Shown here one piece after another: positions 34,358 through 39,736 of a stretch of DNA of 39,736 nucleotides. Numbering within the stretch: position 1 is the first letter of the stretch; every line of letters starts with the position of its first letter. The translations under genes and the position numbers were made by a program. Source of the stretch: Candidatus Avispirillum sp. (GTDB lineage Bacteria > Bacillota > Clostridia > Oscillospirales > CAG-272); assembly GCA_045632025.1 (NCBI GenBank), contig JAZQVW010000078.1, positions 1 through 39,736 on the forward strand, written 5' to 3'. The notes below the pieces were generated by a model. It saw nothing but the letters and a program-made list of their open reading frames with translations, made no database searches and was not told where the DNA came from.

Positions 34358-36904
34358 TTAGTCAATAACCTCAATTGTCATGCCGTCTGTAAGGTCTGCT
34401 GTTGCGATGAAGAGCTTTTCAGCCTCCATAAGCTCGTTATACTCGCCTGCTACAACGTTGCCGTTAACCTTATATGTTCTCTTTCCTGCGCCCTCGTTCT
34501 TATATGTAAGAGTTACGGGATGGCCCTTAACGATAACCTTGATAGAAGCGTTGTCGCAAGGCATTGTTGCAGGAGTATGAACTGTAAGACCGTCAAGATT
34601 AGGAGCGATACCGAAGCCGAACTTGATAAGCTCCTTAACAAGAACTGCACCACTACCTGTGTACCAGTCACCCATAGAGCCGCCGTCGATCTCATAATCG
34701 GGGTTGCAGCAATAGGAGTTGGGCATTGCAAATGTTGTCATTGTGCAGTTATCGTGAGAGATAACCATAGACTTTTCCATCTGGCGCCAAGCCTCAGCAG
34801 ATTCGCCGAGAATGAAGAGCGCCATAATGCTGAACATACTTGCGTGAACGTATGCACAGCAGTTTTCGTACGTACCGGGAGTGATGTTAGCAACGCGGCC
34901 TGCCTCCTGCATACCGTAGGGGAAAGCAACGTCAAATGTGAGAAGACCGTACTTGGAGTCAAGAGCCTTCAGAGTGTCAACAATAACAGCCTTAAGGGAG
35001 GGATCGCGCTCAACCATTCCGGAGATAGCCCAGAAGGAGTTTGCTGTACCACTGCGACGAGCCTTTCCGTCGGGGTCGTTCCAAGAGCCAAGCTTATAGC
35101 TTCTCTTGTCGCCGATACCGTGGATGATCTTTCTTTCACCTGCATCGTTTGTTTCGATTGCGTTTTCTGTAAGACCGCCTGCAAGCTCTTCCATAATAGC
35201 TGCATATTCAGCGATCTTTTCCTCGTAGCCGCCAACCTTTGTAAGGATCTCGATCATTTCGCGGCAGTTCTGGTAAAGCTGGAGTGTTGCCATAACTGTG
35301 ATACCGGAGCCATAGCGCTTATCCTTTTCATCAAAGCATCTGCCAAGTCCGTCAAGAGCATCGTTCCAGTCACCGTGGAGGATCTTAAGGCAATGAGTGT
35401 TATATTCGCGGTCAATATTGCGAGCCATATAGTCCATGATCTTGATCATATGGCAGAGAACGCTATCAACGATATCGCTCTTTCTTTCAACCCAGTTACG
35501 CTCACTATTGCCCTCTTCGTGAGCAACGTAGTAGGAGCAAAGCTCATCAAGGATGGACCAGTCCTCTGTATAGCAGAGGTATGTATAGATAGTGGAGATG
35601 ATCCAAACGCCCTGGTCGATAAATCTTCTCATGTCCATATCGGGATTTGCATCGGGATCGGAGGGAACGGAGAACTGACGGGGAGGTCTGCCGTCCTCAA
35701 GGATATAGTTAAGTGCAACGATGATCTTCTCGCGGCTCTTCTCAGGCTGCCAGATAAGGGAGCCCTCAAGCTGCTGGAATACGTCGCGGATACCGATGTG
35801 GGGACCTGCATAGTTCTTACCGAGAGCGCAGAAGGATGTCTGCTTCTGAACGTTGCGAATGAAGCGGTTGAGCACCTTATTATTGATGCCACCCTTCCAA
35901 TCTTCAAATGTAGCTGTCATCTTAGCGAGCTCTGCGTTTTCAGATGCATCCCACTCAACTGCAGCAGCATCAATTGCAGCCATATCAACTGCTTCCTTCG
36001 CTGCAGCCTCAGCATCGGGAATATTGTGATAATAGGAAAGATCGTATTCGATTCTTGTTTCCTCGCCAGCCTTGAGCTCATAGTGGAAGATATCACCGAG
36101 AGAAGCAATTTCTGTTGTTGTTGCTTCCTTTGCGCATCTCTTATATTCGCCTGTGCGGAGGGATTCAGCATTTGTGAGAGTTCTGCCTCTTGCACCGAGA
36201 ATGTCGCCACGGTCAACTGTATGGTATTCCTCTGTAACTGTGCCGCCAACGCGAGCAGAGTTGATCGTCATACAATCAAGGTCGCTTCTGAGGATAACGG
36301 AGCCGTTATCAAGTCTGGAGCCGAACTTGCTCATTCTGTGCCAGAAGGATTCTGTTTCCTCATAGCGGAGCTGAGCATTGATATAGGAAGAAAGATAGAA
36401 TGTGATATCCTCTTCTGTCTTATTCTGTGCATAAAGAGCAAGGTGGATATGCTTATCAGGGCTTACGTGGAGACGAACTGCAAATGTTGCGTTCTCTGTT
36501 TCTGTGATATAGTAAGCGCATCTGAGGCCGAATACGCAATAGCGCTCAACCTTGAGGGGCTCGAAGAGCTGACGGTTTACACCAAGGATGGAAATGGGAT
36601 AGAATTCGCCATTCTCCATAGGGATACCTGCAAAAAAGCTGATGGAGGGATCATCGGAGAAATGGTTGGGCTTGAAGATGGAGAAAAGGGATTCACACGC
36701 CTCAATATTACCGGAGGAGCGAGCCCAAACAACGAGACCGTCTGCATCATAGGGATGACGGGATTCGCCTACTTCTCTTTCAAAGCAAACAACCTTGCCG
36801 TCGGAAAGATAAAATGAGTTCTGAGGAAGCGCATTTTCGGCGGAGGGATTTGCCTTCAATTCTGCTACCTGGCTGAGAATATTTTTGATTTCTGCGTTCA
36901 GCAT
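34358..36904 (-). CDS. GH94-like cytoplasmic glycoside phosphorylase (cellobiose/chitobiose-phosphorylase-like (alpha/alpha)6 barrel)
   Basis: 848 aa with no signal peptide. HGDWNDALDGLG matches the GH94 RADWNDCL catalytic block. YENCCAYVHASMF and DWYTGSGA..GIAPNLDGLTVHTP align by eye with C. thermocellum Cbp (recalled). Confidence 0.65.
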   Translation of the reverse strand: MLNAEIKNILSQVAELKANPSAENALPQNSFYLSDGKVVCFEREVGESRHPYDADGLVVWARSSGNIEACESLFSIFKPNHFSDDPSISFFAGIPMENGEFYPISILGVNRQLFEPLKVERYCVFGLRCAYYITETENATFAVRLHVSPDKHIHLALYAQNKTEEDITFYLSSYINAQLRYEETESFWHRMSKFGSRLDNGSVILRSDLDCMTINSARVGGTVTEEYHTVDRGDILGARGRTLTNAESLRTGEYKRCAKEATTTEIASLGDIFHYELKAGEETRIEYDLSYYHNIPDAEAAAKEAVDMAAIDAAAVEWDASENAELAKMTATFEDWKGGINNKVLNRFIRNVQKQTSFCALGKNYAGPHIGIRDVFQQLEGSLIWQPEKSREKIIVALNYILEDGRPPRQFSVPSDPDANPDMDMRRFIDQGVWIISTIYTYLCYTEDWSILDELCSYYVAHEEGNSERNWVERKSDIVDSVLCHMIKIMDYMARNIDREYNTHCLKILHGDWNDALDGLGRCFDEKDKRYGSGITVMATLQLYQNCREMIEILTKVGGYEEKIAEYAAIMEELAGGLTENAIETNDAGERKIIHGIGDKRSYKLGSWNDPDGKARRSGTANSFWAISGMVERDPSLKAVIVDTLKALDSKYGLLTFDVAFPYGMQEAGRVANITPGTYENCCAYVHASMFSIMALFILGESAEAWRQMEKSMVISHDNCTMTTFAMPNSYCCNPDYEIDGGSMGDWYTGSGAVLVKELIKFGFGIAPNLDGLTVHTPATMPCDNASIKVIVKGHPVTLTYKNEGAGKRTYKVNGNVVAGEYNELMEAEKLFIATADLTDGMTIEVID

Positions 36905-36940
36905 AATTATATTCCTTTCGCTCTAATAGTTATTACTTTT

Positions 36941-36998
36941 ATTCTACCATACTTTTCATCTTTCTACAATAGTTAGATGATATTTATTTTTATCATCT
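36941..36998 (-). promoter_or_regulatory. Putative promoter for the phosphorylase gene with an upstream 8-bp palindrome
   Basis: On the minus strand: ttgtag, 17-nt spacer, tagaat (36941-36969). The palindrome agatgata-N8-tatcatct lies at 36975-36998. Confidence 0.4.
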
Positions 36999-37011
36999 GA
37001 CCAGTCTCCTG

Positions 37012-37050
37012 CCTAACAAAAATCCCCCTGCAGAAAAACTGCAGGGGGAT
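37012..37050 (-). terminator. Terminator downstream of the PPase-like gene
   Basis: Stem atccccctgcag-aaaaa-ctgcagggggat, followed on the minus strand by ttttgtt. Confidence 0.85.
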
Positions 37051-37058
37051 TCGAAATA

Positions 37059-37430
37059 TCAATATTCAAGAGGCTCAACGTAGGAATCGTAATATCTTTC
37101 CTGGAAATAGATACGCTGCTCCATATCCTCTTTGGTATAATGTCTTCCCTCGGGCGCTGCAACAAGCTTGTCCTCTACGTCGTCGCGACGATGAACGATT
37201 CCTATAACCTTAGCTGTATATCTTTCAACGGGCTCGTGTACACCGAGAAGATACACGTCCAGAAACTCTCCGTCACCACCGATAACACCCGGAATATATC
37301 CGTAGTTGATATCATATGAAAGGCTATAGCCCTGCTTCTGATAAACAAAACCAAGTGGACGGTCGATCTCAATATCGATAACCTTGCCAAGATAGGACTT
37401 AACCTGCGCTTTTCTCTCATCGTACGTCAT
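37059..37430 (-). CDS. Short inorganic-pyrophosphatase-family (family I-like) protein
   Basis: 123 aa. YDINYGYIPGV..GGDGEFLDVYLL..DDVEDKLVAAP resembles the PPase core Y.NYGFIP.T...DGDPLDVLV...D.GE.D.K..A. The N-terminal part is shorter than in canonical enzymes. Confidence 0.65.
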   Translation of the reverse strand: MTYDERKAQVKSYLGKVIDIEIDRPLGFVYQKQGYSLSYDINYGYIPGVIGGDGEFLDVYLLGVHEPVERYTAKVIGIVHRRDDVEDKLVAAPEGRHYTKEDMEQRIYFQERYYDSYVEPLEY

Positions 37431-37549
37431 ACGTGCTGACTCCTTTCAGGATTTACTAAACACAGTATAGCACAATCACAAACTCAATGCAATAATTTAG
37501 CAAGGTTTTTAAACATTTTTAACAAAAAACTTTGCTTTGCTAAACCAAA

Positions 37550-38179
37550 TCATTTTTTCATTGTCGCTTTAAGAATATTTATGTACTCCTCTGCATCAAA
37601 GCTATCAAGAACAGAATCCTTTTTGAGATACAAGGGGTGATGAGGATGGCCTGCCCTCTTTGAGCGGGCACCTGCCGTGAACCACTTGGCGCCGTATTTT
37701 TCACCAAGGCGGATCATATCAAGAACACATTCGGGAAGATATGCTCTTTTTTCAATAATAGTTCCCCAAGCCGCCCAAACGGAGGGCTGCTCCTTGGAAA
37801 TAGAAAGCACGTATTCAAAGGCCTTCATATTCTCCTCGTGCATACGGAGATTCAGCTCGCGCTCCATATGATCGGGATCCGTTGCTCTTTGGGCATACAC
37901 GTTGAACATTATAAAGCTGTCGTAATCGTTATAATGAGCGATTCGCTCAACGCTCTTTAAAGTGTTGTCAAGATTATCAGGCTCTGCGGTTGAAGGGTTG
38001 ATGCCGATGCAGATAAGGGGTCGGCTGCCGCGTGTGCCGAGAATATATCGGTACTCTGAATAGAAATCAGGGATGTATATCCACTTTTCGCGGTCGTAGT
38101 CCTCTCTGCCTGAGTTCACCTTGGCATCCTCAAAGGAAAGAACGTCTATATCTTTTGTCAAAGCTGAAGGAATATGCAT
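37550..38179 (-). CDS. DUF1643-family protein
   Basis: LICIGINPSTAEPDNLDNTLKSVERIA...FIMFNVYAQRATDP matches the DUF1643 pattern as I recall it. The ATG is 1 nt after the upstream HAD stop. Confidence 0.65.
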   Translation of the reverse strand: MHIPSALTKDIDVLSFEDAKVNSGREDYDREKWIYIPDFYSEYRYILGTRGSRPLICIGINPSTAEPDNLDNTLKSVERIAHYNDYDSFIMFNVYAQRATDPDHMERELNLRMHEENMKAFEYVLSISKEQPSVWAAWGTIIEKRAYLPECVLDMIRLGEKYGAKWFTAGARSKRAGHPHHPLYLKKDSVLDSFDAEEYINILKATMKK

Positions 38180-38180
38180 A

Positions 38181-38828
38181 TCATTCTCCTATAATAATTC
38201 TATATAGCTCTTCTGCTGTGTTGGCAAATACCTTTGCCCCCGCCGCCTCAAGCTCTTCCCTTGAGCGAAAGCCCCAGGTTACAAGCACAGCGTCAAGATC
38301 AGCATTTTGGGCTGTTTCAACATCCACCTCAGAATCACCAACGTATATAACCTTTTTCCCGTCTAAAATCTCAATAGCTTCAAAAACTCTGCGGGGATCC
38401 GGCTTACGGGGCGTTCCCTCAAGCTCGCCGAAGGCAACGTCAAATACGCCGTCAAAATAATGCTCCATTATGTCACTGACAGCAAACTGCGCCTTGTTTG
38501 AAACAACACCAAGCTTTATGCCTTCATCGCGAAGACGGACAACTAGCTCATTGATACCATCATAGGGGGCAGTTTTATCGTTTGAGTGATCCTTATAATA
38601 AGCCTTGAAGCATTCAAAAACAGATAGAGTGTCAGCTTCGCTCGTCCCCTCGGGTACAGCACGCTTTATAAGATTGAGTATCCCGTTTCCCACAAAGGCT
38701 CTAACCTCGTCAATGGTTCGCTTCGGGAATCCATTCTCCTCCAAAGCATAGTTCGCCGCCCCGTGAAGGTCGGGCAGAGTGTCAAGCAGAGTTCCATCTA
38801 AATCAAAAATTACCGTATCGTATATCAT
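38181..38828 (-). CDS. HAD-superfamily hydrolase (phosphoglycolate-phosphatase-like)
   Basis: Motif I VIFDLDGTLLDT, motif II VVSNK, motif III-IV K..GKKVIYVGDSEVD. The ATG at 38828 has SD ggagaag. Confidence 0.85.
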   Translation of the reverse strand: MIYDTVIFDLDGTLLDTLPDLHGAANYALEENGFPKRTIDEVRAFVGNGILNLIKRAVPEGTSEADTLSVFECFKAYYKDHSNDKTAPYDGINELVVRLRDEGIKLGVVSNKAQFAVSDIMEHYFDGVFDVAFGELEGTPRKPDPRRVFEAIEILDGKKVIYVGDSEVDVETAQNADLDAVLVTWGFRSREELEAAGAKVFANTAEELYRIIIGE

Positions 38829-38891
38829 ATACTTCTCCAATTTAAATTCTACCTCAGTTAAGTATATCAAATTCTACACCTCCTTTCAAGA

Positions 38892-38920
38892 TTGACTTTG
38901 CTTTAGTTTTAAGATATAAT
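38892..38920 (+). promoter_or_regulatory. Sigma-A promoter for tadA
   Basis: ttgact, 17-nt spacer, tataat. Confidence 0.6.
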
Positions 38921-39020
38921 TAAAAATGCTTAAATCATAAAATTCAGATCGCTTCTGCACATCTCATCCACCGCAAGCGGTCCCCCTTCCCTTCCTAAGG
39001 GAAGGCAAAAGGAGAACACT

Positions 39021-39482
39021 ATGGAAAAGTTTATGAGAGTTGCAATTGAAGAAGCGAAAAAATGCGCTGCGCTTGATGAAGTTCCCGTTGGAGCAGTTGT
39101 TGTTAAAAACGGGGAGATCATTGCCGCCTGCGGAAACGGACGAGAAACAGAAAAGGACGCAACTGCCCACGCGGAAACCTCTGCAATCAGAGAAGCCTGC
39201 AGAAAGCTTGGGGGCTGGCATCTGAAGGATTGCGAATTGTACGTTACCCTTGAACCCTGCCTTATGTGCGCAGGAGCTATCGTAAACGCAAGAATTGAAA
39301 AGGTGGTCTTCGGCGCATATGATAAAAAAGCGGGTGCAATGGGCTCAATGGTAAATATTACGGAGCTTTCCGTAAATCATAAGCCTGAAATTATTTCCGG
39401 AGTACTGGAAGAGGAATGCTCTTCCCTGCTCCGTGACTTTTTTAGGGCAAAACGCGAAAGAGGAACACGCTGGAATAAATAA
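39021..39482 (+). CDS. tadA: tRNA adenosine(34) deaminase TadA
   Basis: HAE (TAHAETSAI) and PCLMCAGA zinc-binding motifs; 153 aa. Confidence 0.92.
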   Translation: MEKFMRVAIEEAKKCAALDEVPVGAVVVKNGEIIAACGNGRETEKDATAHAETSAIREACRKLGGWHLKDCELYVTLEPCLMCAGAIVNARIEKVVFGAYDKKAGAMGSMVNITELSVNHKPEIISGVLEEECSSLLRDFFRAKRERGTRWNK

Positions 39483-39536
39483 TTTTGGGCATAATCACAA
39501 ACCTAAAAAAAGATTAAAAAAACTTTAAAAAATGTG

Positions 39537-39565
39537 TTGACAAATGAAAAGGGGTTTGCTATAAT
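39537..39565 (+). promoter_or_regulatory. Consensus sigma-A promoter for the tRNA array
   Basis: ttgaca, 17-nt spacer, tataat, 35 nt upstream of tRNA-Val. Confidence 0.7.
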
Positions 39566-39600
39566 AACAAAGCCGTGAGGGACACGGCAACAAACAAAAT

Positions 39601-39676
39601 GGAAGCATAGCTCAGTTGGGAGAGCATCTGCCTTACAAGCAGAGGGTCATAGGTTCGAGCCCTATTGTTTCCACCA
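39601..39676 (+). tRNA. tRNA-Val (anticodon TAC), CCA encoded
   Basis: Cloverleaf folded by hand: acceptor ggaagca/tgtttcc, D arm gctc..gagc, anticodon stem tctgc/gcaga with loop cTTACAa, T arm atagg-ttcgagc-cctat, then the discriminator a and CCA. Confidence 0.9.
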
Positions 39677-39679
39677 TAT

Positions 39680-39736
39680 GGCCCGGTAGCTCAGTTGGTT
39701 AGAGCGCTAGCCTGTCACGCTAGAGGTCAGGGGTTC
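39680..39736 (+). tRNA. tRNA-Asp (anticodon GTC), truncated by the window end
   Basis: ggcccgg-ta-gctc..gagc, anticodon stem ctagc/gctag with loop cTGTCAc. The T arm is cut at 39736. Confidence 0.85.

Noticed and set aside
34520-36817. 765-aa ORF on the plus strand, the longest unexplained ORF in the track.
   Set aside because: It lies exactly antisense to the GH94-like phosphorylase gene, which has clear family motifs. Its translation is low-complexity and Cys/Val/Leu-rich with no recognisable motifs, SD or promoter. It is a typical shadow ORF of a codon-biased gene.

Overview
This window looks like chromosomal DNA from a spore-forming Firmicute, Clostridia-like by gene content. Most of it is housekeeping. 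A minus-strand dcw cell-division and cell-wall cluster (mraZ-rsmH-ftsL-PBP-murE-mraY-ftsW-murG-ftsQ-ftsZ) spans about 5.5-17.9 kb. It is followed by a T-box-controlled type-2 ileS, ptsH, uvrC, rsmD-coaD, an LTA-synthase-like gene divergent from an exported PIG-L deacetylase, a small AraC-linked sugar locus, marR, a GH94-like phosphorylase, a PPase-like/DUF1643/HAD group, tadA and the start of a tRNA array (Val, Asp). No CRISPR array, integrase, transposase, reverse transcriptase or recognisable defence operon was seen. The unusual parts are: (1) The first ~4 kb is an AT-rich accessory patch with an orphan barstar-like immunity gene, two membrane proteins and a solitary spoVAC. It is laced with a family of nested palindromic, MITE-like repeats: a 91-bp inverted repeat around a 233-bp core, the same core again 3.6 kb away inside an element flanked by perfect 18-bp direct repeats, and a perfect 28-bp inverted repeat. 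(2) A 100-bp duplicate of the spoVAC 3' end lies 1.18 kb from the intact gene, and all 10 differences between the copies are synonymous. This suggests cassette insertion or allele replacement at that site. (3) ileS carries one in-frame TAG at a conserved Tyr position. (4) Two heptamer tandem-repeat arrays sit in the ileS leader, downstream of the T-box terminator. (5) A ThyX-fold protein lacks the RHR/SxR signature. (6) A marR-divergent transcription unit has no long ORF; it holds twin 27-nt SD-ATG-TAC-TAA palindromic modules and a 10-codon ORF abutting a strong terminator. All coordinates, repeat alignments and mismatch counts were done by hand. Family assignments rest on motifs recalled from memory, not on database searches.
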